Assembly (NCBI RefSeq): GCF_006345805.1
Contig: NW_021831826.1
Coordinates: 1-64,000, forward strand
From: Octopus sinensis
Lineage: Eukaryota
DNA length: 64,000 nt
Direction: 5' to 3'
In this document: piece by piece, positions 1 to 10,553 of the stretch
Position numbering within the stretch: the stretch's first letter is position 1
How the letters are laid out: every line of letters begins with the position of its first letter
The notes under the pieces: generated by a model
What the model was told of the DNA's origin: nothing
Database searches by the model: none
What the model saw: the letters and a program-made list of their open reading frames with translations, nothing else
Program-made: the position numbers and the translations under genes

Positions 1-321
1 ATGCATGACCGTAATAATATTAAATATTAAGTAGAAATATTCCGCCGAGGTTGTCTTGGCCTTTTATCCTTTCGGGGTCGATGAAATCAATATCAGTTAT
101 GTACTGGGGTCGATGTAATCAACTTACTCTCTCCCCCGAAATTGCTGGTGTTGTGCCAAAATTTGAAATCAATGTGTAGGAGAAATAAAACAAAACACAG
201 CATCACTCACTAATGGACACCATGTTAATGGTTTTAACAAATTATAAAGTGAACGGCTTAGAGAGTGTTTCATCTTTATGCGTGTTTCCTTGGATTGAAT
301 CTGTGTAGGTGGGCATGTTTA

Positions 322-1021
322 GGCGCGGCTGTGTGGTAAGACGCTTGCTTCCAGATCTGGTTTCGGGTTCAGTTCCACTGCGTGGCACGCTGCGCACATG
401 TCTTCTACCGTAGCCATTGGACTCTCAAAATCCTCAGGAGTGGATTTGGTAGATGGAAACGGAAAGAAGCCCGTCGTGACTATTCTTTTACTTGTTTCAG
501 TCATTTGACTGCGGTCATGTTGGAGCTCCGCCTTTAGTCGAACAAATCGCCTATTACTTTTTTATCAGTTTCCTTTCCAGAACCGCTAGGTACAGGGGAC
601 GTAAGCACACCAACATCGGTTGTCAAGGGATGGTGGAGGGACAAATATAGACACACAAATACACACACATAGGACGGGCTTATTTGTGTTTCCATCTATG
701 AAATCCACTCAAAAGACTTTGGTCGGCCCTAGGCTATAGTAGAAGACACTCAGCCAAGGTGTCTGGCAATGGGACTGAACCCGGAACCATGTGTTTCTTA
801 CTCTACGGACACTCCTATACCTATATATGTCTGTCTGTATGTATCAGTGTGTGCGTGTGTCTCTGTGTACGTGTTTGTCCCACCGCTTGACGGCCTGTGT
901 TGTTGTGTTTACGTTCCGTTAACTTAGCGGTTCACCAATATACTCCAATAAAATAAGTACAAGGCTTAAAACATTAAGTACTGAGGTCAATTAGTTCGAC
1001 TCAAAACTTCTCAAACCAGTG
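322..1021. mobile_element. SINE family 1: reverse copy (~480-829) nested in a forward copy
   Basis: Forward head ggctgtgtggtaag...gggttcagttcc at 322-476; reverse copy with tail cttgtttcagtcatttgactgcgg and head gggactgaacccggaaccatgtg; forward tail resumes at ~830. Confidence 0.85.
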
Positions 1022-2165
1022 GCATCTCTATATATGCACATAATCCTTTCCAAGCATTTTCGTTAAAGGAATTGTTCGTTACCCGAGTAATTGAAATACA
1101 TACAAATAGAAGAAGAAATGTGTTCCATGCCCTCCCCAAAGCCACATAAAAGTATATATTATACCTTAGCGTTGATACAAAAGAAAATCATGTAAAAGGC
1201 CGTATGTAGTGTGACTGCTCAGTTTGGTTTACAACTAAAACACCGGCTGAAACAGAAAAATGTGGTGGAGAAATTGCGTATCAAAGGTGATATGAAGTGG
1301 TTGATCATTGAGCGGAGGGACATAAATTATAACAGATAATGATCAAGCAAAATATTTAGCGTTATTCAAGAACATTCATTTTATAATTTATAATATAAGT
1401 GTGGGTGCAGGAGTAGCTGTTTAGTAAGTAGAGTGCTTACTAACCACATGGTTCGGGGTTCAGTCCCATTGCGTGGCGTCTTGGTAAATGCGTCTACTAT
1501 AACCTCGGGCCGACAAAGCCTTGTTAGTGGATCTGGAAGACGGAAACTGAAAGAAGCCCATCATGTGGATGTGTGTGTGAGTTTGTGTGTCTGTGTTTGT
1601 CCCCGACCATCGCTTGACAACCGATGTTGGTGAGTTTACGTCCCCGTAATTTAGTGGTTCAGCAAAGAAGACTCATAGAATAAGTACAAGGCTTACAAAT
1701 AATAAGTTCGATTAAAAAGGTGGTGCTACAGCATGGCCGCAGTAAAATGGCTGAAACAAATAAAAGAACGGTGCAGAGTTGTTACAAATATGCACAAAGT
1801 CTCTTAGAGCTGTTTCTAGAATAGCTAAGCATGTTATTGAGTAAAGAATTCCATCTGAGCAAATCATTCCGTTATTGGAGAAAGAAGAAGAAAATGCAGA
1901 AATGCATAATATCCTTTATCGAGGATATTATTCGTTGCCAGTCTTTTGGGAAACCATGGAGTTCTCAGATAAATGTGTTGGGTATTTTCGTGATCGAAGA
2001 GTTAGTAAAGTTTCCAGGAAAGTCCCTGGCAAAAGATAATAGAAGTTAACAGTTGCATCTTTGAATAGAAAGTGAATCAGTTTTGTAAGGCCTTGGAAGA
2101 GTCTATTATTAGGCGAATGAGAAATACATGAGAGTATATAGAGATTAGTCTATATAGTGAGGGTG
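1022..2165 (-). pseudogene. Possible third degraded 7TM-like remnant (type 3), split by a SINE
   Basis: Minus-strand frames give GILYSITCLAILETALRDFVHIC (~1780-1860) and AFYMIFFCINAKV...SICMYFNYSGNEQFL*RKCLERIMC (~1035-1200). Copies at ~10124-11060, 24605-25650, 38405-39545, 47550-48470 and 59900-60815. Motif match by eye only. Confidence 0.28.
1403..1768 (+). mobile_element. SINE family 1, full length (tRNA-like head, central TG tract)
   Basis: A-box-like gtagctgtttagtaag and B-box-like ggggttcagtccc; tail gcatggccgcagtaaaatggctgaaacaaataaaaga. Only the 3' half remains in U2, U5 and U6 (10505-10738, 47927-48152, 60283-60507). Confidence 0.85.
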
Positions 2166-2509
2166 TGTTTGACTTGGGGGTTAAGGGGATGCATGTATAC
2201 ACATACATGCATACGGACAGAGACATACATATATACACACGCACTAACATATGCACACACAGACGCACACACACATACATGCAGTGGCATATTCCCATTG
2301 ATATACACGCAGTCAGATACACACAATTACGCGGCCATACATACACATGCATACGTATGAGTTTAGAGATGGACAGATAAATGTCTGTTTGCACACACAA
2401 GACACACACACATACAAATTCTCGCATAGTCATCGTATATAAGTATAGAGAGTTAAATTAAATTAGGTCAGTAGAGGAGAGAGAGGAGAGGATTGTTTAG
2501 TAATATTAG

Positions 2510-4002
2510 GATGAGAAAAAGCAGATGCAACAACGCCAGTCACCTCATTGTATATTTGTCTACCAATGTGGGCCAGAGTGATTAAATCGCCAAACTGGAA
2601 ATACCCAGGACTGGATAGGGTACAGGATATTGGCTGAAAATTTCCCCATCACTACACAGAAGAATAGCCAAGCAAATATATAAATTATCAACAACGGAGT
2701 ACAAATCCCAAAGAGGCTGACCACAAGTAAAACAATTCTTTGCCAAAAGAATCCCAACTAAGCAATACAGTGGATAATTGCCGGCCTATCACCTGTCTGC
2801 CCCTCATGTGGAAGTTGTTGAAAGGAATAAAATCTAATTAGGTGTATAATTTCCAGGAATAAATTACAAAGAGCCAGTGGAACAGAAAGGGTACAGAAAG
2901 AGACAGTTACAGACTAATATGGTTTCAGAAAGGAAAATGAAACGGGAGACACAGTTTGTAAGCAACTGCACACGGTCAGGCATTCATAACTAACTAGATA
3001 AAAGCCAAAATAGACATGATGCAACACTCACGGATAAGTAAATGTTTGAGTATATTCAGTATTGCAGACAATACCAGAGACTTAATTAGTTACAGCAATA
3101 GTGCAAAGAATCGGAAACAGGTGACACTGCCTTAGGAAATGTTAATATCGGGCGAGGAATTCTCCAGGGAGACACGTTATCCCCATTAATATATGTGTTA
3201 TGCTTAACTGTCGTCAGTTTAGTACTAAGAAAGGCAAAAGCAGGGTATCAGTTCAGAGATGATAAAGGGAATATTAATCATTTGCTCAAGATGGACGATT
3301 AGAAGCCTTTTGGTTCCTTAATACGAATTAGAAGACTCTGCAGCAAAGATATAGGCATGGAATTTGGCATAGATATGTGCGCAACATCAGTCATAAAAAA
3401 GGGACAGGTAGTCAGCAGTGAAGGCCAGATAGCAAGAGAGTAAAATCACTGAAGGGAGAGAATCATAAGTGCTTCGGAGTATTAGAATCTGACAGTGTAC
3501 TAACAATAGAAATAAAAAAAAATAGATAAGGAGTACATCAGAAGGGTGAAGAAGCTAATGAAGGGAAAGCTAAGTGTTCTAAATCTAGTAAAGGTTGTAA
3601 AAACTTTGGGAAGTATGGTTACTTCGGTTTTCAGCAGAATTGTTGATTTGAAAAAATCTGAATTACCAATCTAGACAGAAGAACAAGGAAGGAATTCAAT
3701 ATGAATGGAGGACTTCAGCCTCGATTAGGAAGAGCAACATTGCACTTACTTAGAATAACGAAAGTGGAAGAGGTTTAATATAACCAGAATGTAGCGTAGA
3801 GTTAGCCAGAGTTGATATATATAATAGTGAAGAAAATCTATGATTTGCAAGAGTTATAGTAGCAGATAGGAAAGGAAAAAGCCATATGAAATTAAAACCA
3901 GAAAAATAAGGGAGAAACTGACATGAGAATGTTTTGCATGATCGATTGGCGAAGATAGTTGCAGGAAATAGTAATATTGAGGGAGAAAGAGTTTCTAAGC
4001 AA
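2510..4002 (+). mobile_element. Old decayed R4/Dong-clade non-LTR retrotransposon fragment (RT region)
   Basis: Degraded motifs KSPNWKYPG, RPITCLPLMWKLL, NIGRGILQGDTLSP, NHLLKMDD, GMEFGID, LDRRTRK; many stops; no 3' end. Confidence 0.9.
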
Positions 4003-4917
4003 CATCTTGATAGTGAGGTCGGACTTATATTTCGGAGATATCTATGAAAATTAACATCCACATCATCTGATGTCATACAATAATTATTGTAGATGTAGGT
4101 TTCAGGACTAATGAATGCCTATTACTGGATCATTTGCGCTATCAGCCCTGTCGTAAGCATGTGAGACAATGATATTCCATTGTCTCACACCCTACCGTCT
4201 TAACCACGGAAAGAACACAACACACTTTGCGATGTAAGGAAATCGACGGGATGATCATAACCGAAACGCCTATGATCATATTCTTGTCATCAGTGAACAA
4301 CAAGCATTCTTTACAAGCAACTGAAATATATTCTGGGACACGAGGAAAATTCGTCGGGTTTGCAGTTTAGTAACTCGAGAGATGAGATCGTATCTTTGAG
4401 CAGATATGACCATCCCAATAATCGATAAAAACAATGGCGTTTGTTTTAGAAAAGCGTCAAGTAGATAAGAATGGGTGTTGCCAGGACATATGAAAACTAA
4501 AATTTTGGTAATATAATAGAAGTCGAGGACACATGAAACCGTGGTTAAGGGTGCTACACACGATAACAAGCTCGTGATTTCAAATACAGGACCGAGAGAT
4601 GTATGGCGCGCAAGACACTTCATCTCATGTTACACAGCGACCATTTCAACACTTGACGTGTAGGAATGGTGAGTAGCTGGAAAATAGTTTTATTTTCCGG
4701 ATATTAAAGAATTTCAGCCAATCACATATATCAAGGGAAAATACTGCCACTCTCGTTTAAAAAAGAAAGGAGAATTATTACAACAGGGTATTTCATTCAG
4801 TATGCTTATCGGATAGCACCTGGAACGTTGGACAAAATTAGAATATTTAGATAAGTGGATAAAATTGATTTAATTTCTGTTAAAAATCCAAACTGAAATA
4901 ATATTTGGAGCCGGCGT
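4003..4917 (-). pseudogene. Type-1 class A GPCR-like remnant (C-terminus replaced by LINE fragment)
   Basis: Minus-strand translation gives xPAPNI.SV (start ACG), RVAVFSLDICDW, and ORF 4276-4623 containing YLLDAFLKQTPLFLSIIGMVISAQRYDLIS (TM3/DRY-like); stops and frameshifts present. Confidence 0.55.
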
Positions 4918-5193
4918 TATAAAGGTAAATAATTTTCTTACTTTTCTTTTAAGATTTTACATTTATATATACACACACATATATATGATTTATTTTTTCC
5001 CTCTCTCTCTATCTTTCTATAAATATGAGACTTAATAAAATAACGTTGTTCCTGACGATCATTTTTCGGTGAGTATTTGGTTCCAAGCAAAAATAACATA
5101 GCGGATCGGCAAAAGTGACCAATAAAATCACACATACAAACATATATACACACACACACACACATTTATATATATATATATATATACATATAT

Positions 5194-5350
5194 ACGAGGG
5201 GCTTCTTTCAGTTTCTGTTTACCAAATCCACTCACAGGGCTTTGGTCGACCCGAGGCTATAGTAAAAGACACTTGCCTAAAGTGCAAAGCTGTGGGACTG
5301 AACCAGGAACCATGTGATTGGTAAACAAGCTACTTACCACACAGACACTC
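5194..5350 (-). mobile_element. SINE family 1, 5' half, reverse
   Basis: gcttctttcagtttctg...gggactgaaccaggaaccatgtgattggtaaacaagctacttaccacacagacactcc; copy at 42598-42752; stubs at ~17000, ~31500 and ~54820. Confidence 0.85.
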
Positions 5351-5456
5351 CAAAGCCTATATATATATATATATACATATATATACATATATATACAAAC
5401 GTACATAATTGCACACATTCACATGCACAAACATGCACAGGTACACTTACAAACCC

Positions 5457-6780
5457 ATGAAAGGCAAAGGGGACTTCGGTGGGAAAGGAACTCAGAACGC
5501 GAATAGCCTACAGAAACGCTGAAAAGCAATTTGTAAATTTGTGTACAGGCATTGTGTACAGGCATTGCCGACTATTTTGCTTGGATATTCTTGTTTAATA
5601 TTATATTTTTAAGTTAAGCTCTATACTTTTTAAGCGAACAACTTATTTTTTCATTCGAAAGTCCTGCGGGGATGGGAAGGTGACGAAGCATTCAGATCTG
5701 AGGTGGTGGAAGCATGTATTTAGTGGTATACAAGTGTCCTATGTGTTTTTGGTTGCATGTGTACTTAAGCAATTGAATTCAGGGAAAACCCTGCTCACCT
5801 AGAGACCGGAGACAATGCTATATAACTAAATGGATGGGAAGATGACAACTGGATGTCCTCTGATCATAGCTTTACTCAATCAGGAAACATTGGCTTGTGA
5901 CGCAGATATGTTTATAATGTTTTCCATCAAACACCTGGAAATAGCTGCGAAATCTCATTCCAATCACACACTCTTATTTTACACAATGGAGGACATGGTT
6001 GCCAATGTTTGAATAAAAACATTAGTTGGTTATAGTTGGAATGCCTTTGTGTAAAATTACGATCAGTCAGGGCAAACAACAACGTCGACAACAACACCCT
6101 AAGTAAAACACACACAAAAAAAAACAAAAAAATATGTACCTAAAATTGGCCTCGTTCTCAGGCTGTATCACCACATCAAACAACGCAATTTTCTGCGTCA
6201 GACTTTCTATCATTACATGATACAACGCCATATCGTTAGCTGACAAGAGACATCACTTAGGAGTAACGCTCAGATCTTTTTCGGGATCCATGATAATTCA
6301 ATGGGTGTTGCTTCAGGAAAACGCCTAGTAGATAAGAAGGATTTCTGGCATGCTGTCACGCCTACATATGTCATGTACCATGTTCAATAATATAATTGGT
6401 GTCCACGCTGCTAATGTGTTGAATTCACGATAGCGAGATCTCGGTTTCAATTCTCGTAAAGGGACTTGTATTGCGTTCTTAAGCAAAACACCTCATCTCA
6501 TATTACTTTGCGTCGTGTAGGAATGGTGAATTTCTGGAAATTCCGGATATTAATGTTCAGCGAATCCCATACATCGACAGAAAATACTGACACTGCCGTT
6601 AAAAAACCCCACACATAACGGGTTATAACAAATGTGTACTTCGGTCAGTATTCTTATCCGATACAAGTCGCAAAATGATACAATAAACTGTCATGAGGTA
6701 ATAGAATATTCAGATAAGTGGATAAACCTTGTCTAATTTGTGTAAAAAATTAAAACTGAAGTCATATTTGGAGCCGGCAT
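5457..6780 (-). pseudogene. Type-2 class A GPCR-like remnant (3' end lost)
   Basis: ATG at 6780 begins MPAPNMTSV; KQHPLN...SERY; hydrophobic VLLRVLLSTLLFALT segment (ORF 5927-6127); many stops; 13-nt duplication at 5539-5564. Confidence 0.55.
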
Positions 6781-7203
6781 TATCGAGGTGAATCAATTTT
6801 TGCTACTTTCCTGTTAAGATTTAAAATTAATATATATACACACACATATCTACGCTGGCGAAAGTAAATCTAAGACCAATGATAATAGTCCTATTTCTCA
6901 CAAAATATTTTGTTACTAAACCATACAAATTACCTCTATCTTTTACACCTTATGCAGAATTCATTTCTCTTTCGAATGATGCAGACAATAACTATTTTTA
7001 TACAACTTGAAGAATGCATGAAAGTACTTGTTCAATCAGAGTGGATATTTTATATTCTATCGCTTCATTATGTTATCTTATCTTATCATATATTATTCTT
7101 ATCATATATTATTATAAGATTGTAAATAAATCATAAAAATCAAAGTTGGAATTTCTTTCAGTAATATATTCTTCTATACACAAGCATACACACCTGTGTA
7201 TAT

Positions 7204-7207
7204 GTGC

Positions 7208-7281
<74 letters not shown>

Positions 7282-7495
7282 GGTAAAAGAAACGCAATAG
7301 TGGCCAATAAATGATTCGGACAGATAGACAATAGAAAGCGGACAGGAGAAACAACGATTAGAAGGACAGGCATAATAGACGGCTCATTCGTGGCTTTCTT
7401 TCCTCAGTCAAGTCCCACAAGACACGACCAACTCGGGCAGTTACACTTGAGACGGTTCGATCTGTTTGCCCCACTAAAAGTCTCTCTCTCTCCAC

Positions 7496-7586
<91 letters not shown>

Positions 7587-7630
7587 TATGTGTTTGTGTG
7601 TGTGTGTGCGTGTGTGTGTGTGTGTTGTGT
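7204..7630. repeat. Two (TA)n tracts (~7220-7278, ~7498-7588) and a (TG)n tract
   Basis: Read directly from the sequence. Confidence 0.95.
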
Positions 7631-7849
7631 ATGTGCGTGTATTCATTCGTCTTTTTTCCTCCTCTCACCAATAAGGGGTTCAACACCCGCCACCGACCTG
7701 CGCTACCCACCCCGTCTACTTCAGCTTGTCCGAATTTTTCATGCAACCATCAACTTATATTTGTGAAAACGAGACATTTGCGTCGTTGAAAGTAAGCTTC
7801 ACAAGTATCATAGCACTTGCAGACAATCACTAAAACAAGGAGCCACACC

Positions 7850-8045
7850 AAGTGGGAAATTCCGTTTTAACCAGGGATATATGTACAATTGTTCCGAGTA
7901 TAAATTATTTGATAAACAATCCACTTGACAAACAGTAATTAAGTACACTTTCAATGTAATTTTTAATACGGAATAAGCGGGATAAGAAGAAATAGGTGTA
8001 GCAGAGAGTCGCTGAGGAGATCACAGTATGTGAGACGGAAGAATT
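7850..8045 (-). pseudogene. Possible TM7/helix-8-like fragment (type 4)
   Basis: A ~45-codon frame stays open in all copies and ends (N/F)YCLSSGLF(I/A)K*. Copies at ~19265-19455, 34625-34812, 45290-45487 and ~57810-57990 (the last with indels). Confidence 0.25.
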
Positions 8046-8050
8046 TATAC

Positions 8051-8052
8051 TA

Positions 8053-8101
<49 letters not shown>

Positions 8102-8112
8102 TAATAATAATA

Positions 8113-8150
<38 letters not shown>

Positions 8151-8185
8151 TAATAATAATAACAACAACTACAACAATAATAACA
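8051..8185. repeat. (AAT)n/(AAC)n microsatellite
   Basis: Read directly from the sequence. Confidence 0.95.
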
Positions 8186-8186
8186 G

Positions 8187-8422
8187 TCGTTCCTACTATA
8201 GGCACAAGGCCTGAAATATTTTGGGGGGGGTGAGTTAGTCGATTACATAGCCCCTAGGACTTAACTGGTATTTAATTTATAGACCTCGAAATGATGAAAT
8301 ACCAAGTTGACCTCGTGGAAATTTGAACTCAGAAACTAATGATGGATGAAATACTACCAAGCATTTTGCCCGGTGTGCTAACGATTCAGCCAGCTCTCCG
8401 CCTAAATAATGATAATAATAAT

Positions 8423-8453
<31 letters not shown>

Positions 8454-9250
8454 TATTATTATTATTATTATTATTATCCTGTCTTTGGAAGCACAAGGAC
8501 AAGTCCATTACATCGAACCCAGTGTGTAATTGGTACTTAATTTATCGTCCCTGAAAGGATGAAAGACAAAGTCGACCTTGGCGGAATTTGAAATCAGAAC
8601 GTAGTGAGAGATGAAATATATATTTTTTAACTACCCACGAGGGGCTAAACACAGAGAGGACAAACAAGGACAGACAGACAAACGGATTAAGTCGATTATA
8701 TCGACCCCAGTGCGTAACAGGTACTTATTTAATCGACCCCGAAAGGATGAAAGGCAATCTCGACCTCGGCGGAATTTGAACTCAGAACGTAACCGTAGAC
8801 GAAATACTGCTAAGCATTTCGCCCGACGTGCTAACGTTTCTGCCAACTCGCCGCCTTTGGGCAGACGAAATACTTCTAAGCGTTTCACCCGGCGTCCCAA
8901 AAACAACCACAACAACGACAACAACAACAACAACAAAAATAACAACAACAACAATAAGAATAAGAATAAGAATATTAATAATAATAATTAAGTGAATATC
9001 AAATATATATTGCGCGTGTTTCATTGGCAACAGACGACCATCTCCAAATAGAAGAATTTCTGTTTTAACACCCAATTTCAAAAATGCATGAATGTAATAA
9101 TATTAAATATTAAGTAGAAATATTCCGCCGAGGTTGTCTTTCCCTTTTATCCTTTCGGGGTCGATGAAATCAATATCAGTTATGTACTGGGGTCGATGTA
9201 ATCAACTTACTCCTCCCCTGAATTTGCTGGTGTTGTGCCAAAATTTGGAA
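8187..9250. mobile_element. SINE family 2 cluster at the U1/U2 boundary: three reverse copies (~8187-8403, 8478-8610, 8625-8857) and one forward partial (~9122-9250)
   Basis: Recurrent cgacctcggcggaatttgaactcagaac (reverse B-box-like gagttcaaattcc) and gctaacgtttctgccaactcgccgcc; (AAT)n tails; a forward partial also lies at 39-170. Confidence 0.8.
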
Positions 9251-9403
9251 TCAATATGTAGGAGAAATAAAACAAAACACAGCATTACTAACTAATGGAC
9301 ACCATGTTAATGGTTTTAACAAATTATAAAGTGAACGGCTTGGAGAGTGTTTCATCTTCATGCGTGTTTCCTCGGATTCAATCTGTGTAGGGGGGGCGTG
9401 TTT

Positions 9404-10124
9404 AGGCGCGGCTGTGTGGTAAGACGCTTGCTTCCAGACCTGGTTTCGGGTTCAGTTCCACTGCGTGGCACACTGCGCATATGTCTTCTACCGTAGCCAT
9501 TGGGCTCTCAAAATCTTCAGGAGTGGATTTGGTAGATGGAAACGGAAAGAAGCCCATTGTGACTATTCTTTTACTTGTTTCAGTCATTTGACTGCGGTCA
9601 TGTTGGAGCTCCGCCTTTAGTCGAACAAATCGACCCTAGGACTTAACCTTTGTAATCCTAGTACTTTTTCTATCAGTTTCTTTTCCAGAACCGCTATGTT
9701 ACAGGGACGTAAGCACACCAACATCGGTTGTCAAATGATGGTGGAGGGACAAATATAGACACACAAAACACACACACACATACGACGGGCTTATTTGAGT
9801 TTCCATCTATGAAATCCACTCACAAGACTGGTCGGCCCTTGGCTATAGTAGAAGATACTCAGCCAAAATGTCTCGCAACGGGACTGAACACGGAACCATG
9901 TTTCATACTCTACGGCCACTTCTATGTCTATATATGTCTGTCTGTATGTATCAGCGTGTGTGTCTTTGTGTCAGAGTTTGTCCCACCGCTTGATGACCTG
10001 TGTTGGTGTGTTTACGTTCCGGTAACTTAGCGGTTCACCAATATACTCCAATAAAATAAGTACAAGGCTTAAAAAATTAAGTACAGAGGTCAATTAGTTC
10101 GACTCAAAACTTCTCAAACCAGTG
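9404..10124. mobile_element. Nested inverted SINE-1 pair, U2
   Basis: Copy of 322-1021. Confidence 0.85.
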
Positions 10125-10502
10125 GCATCTCTATATATACACATAATCCTTTCCGAGCCATGTTCGTTAAAGGAATTGTTCGTTACACGAGAAATTGAAA
10201 TACATACAAATAGAAGAAATCCGTTGATGCCACTCCCCAAAGCCACATAAAAGTATATATTATACCTTAGCGTTGATACAAAAGAAAATCATGTAAAAGG
10301 TCGTATGTAGTGTGACTGCTCAGTTTGGTTTACCACTAAAACACCGGCTTGAACAGAAAAATGTGGTGCAGAAATTGGGTATCATGGGTTTAAGGTGTGG
10401 TTGATCATTGAGCGGAGGGACATAAATTATAACAGATTAGGAGCAAGAAAAACATTTAGCCTTTTTCAAGAACATTCATTTTATAATTTATAATATAAGT
10501 AT

Positions 10503-10515
10503 TGTGTGTGTGTGT

Positions 10516-10550
<35 letters not shown>
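10503..10550. repeat. (GT)n microsatellite
   Basis: Read directly; equivalents at ~47927-47966 and ~60283-60322. Confidence 0.95.

Positions 10551-10553
<3 letters not shown>

Larger units (their letters stand above)
1..9083. repeat. Tandem segmental-duplication unit U1 (lineage A, ~9.1 kb)
   Basis: Starts at anchor atgcatgaccgtaataatattaaatattaagtagaaatattccgccgagg; co-linear and near-identical by eye to 37361-46511. Confidence 0.95.

Noticed and set aside
319-504. Recurrent 61-aa ORF MTETSKRIV... (six copies)
   Set aside because: It is an antisense reading of SINE-1 sequence; recurrence reflects the duplication.
1165-1250. Apparent 82-nt minus-strand exon (tttcag|...aag|gtat)
   Set aside because: It has stops in all three frames, and the acceptor is altered in B/C units.
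1403-1480. tRNA-like heads with A/B boxes
   Set aside because: They continue into SINE body and tail, with no cloverleaf or discrete tRNA end; these are SINEs, not tRNA genes.
1831-2049. Plus-strand ORF MLLSKEFHLSK... and related ORFs at 10683, 25412, 48099 and 60463
   Set aside because: The open frame differs between copies and is broken in U4; there is no recognisable domain.
4560-4660. LDL-receptor-like C.NGRC...DEVSC and fucosyltransferase-like readings in alternative frames of type 1
   Set aside because: They are interrupted by shared stops and are not conserved in type 2.
7112-7789. ORFs rich in YI, HT, CV or poly-N/I/Y/V (also 14074-14576, 19016-20371, 28647-29289, 33551-34720, 52232-52666 and others)
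   Set aside because: These are translations of (TA)n, (CA)n, (AAT)n and (ACC)n tracts that lack stops; there is no coding signal.
8611-9081. ORFs of 99-126 aa (MKYIFFNYPRG..., MKLGVKTEILL...)
   Set aside because: They are made of SINE-2 sequence and trinucleotide repeats.
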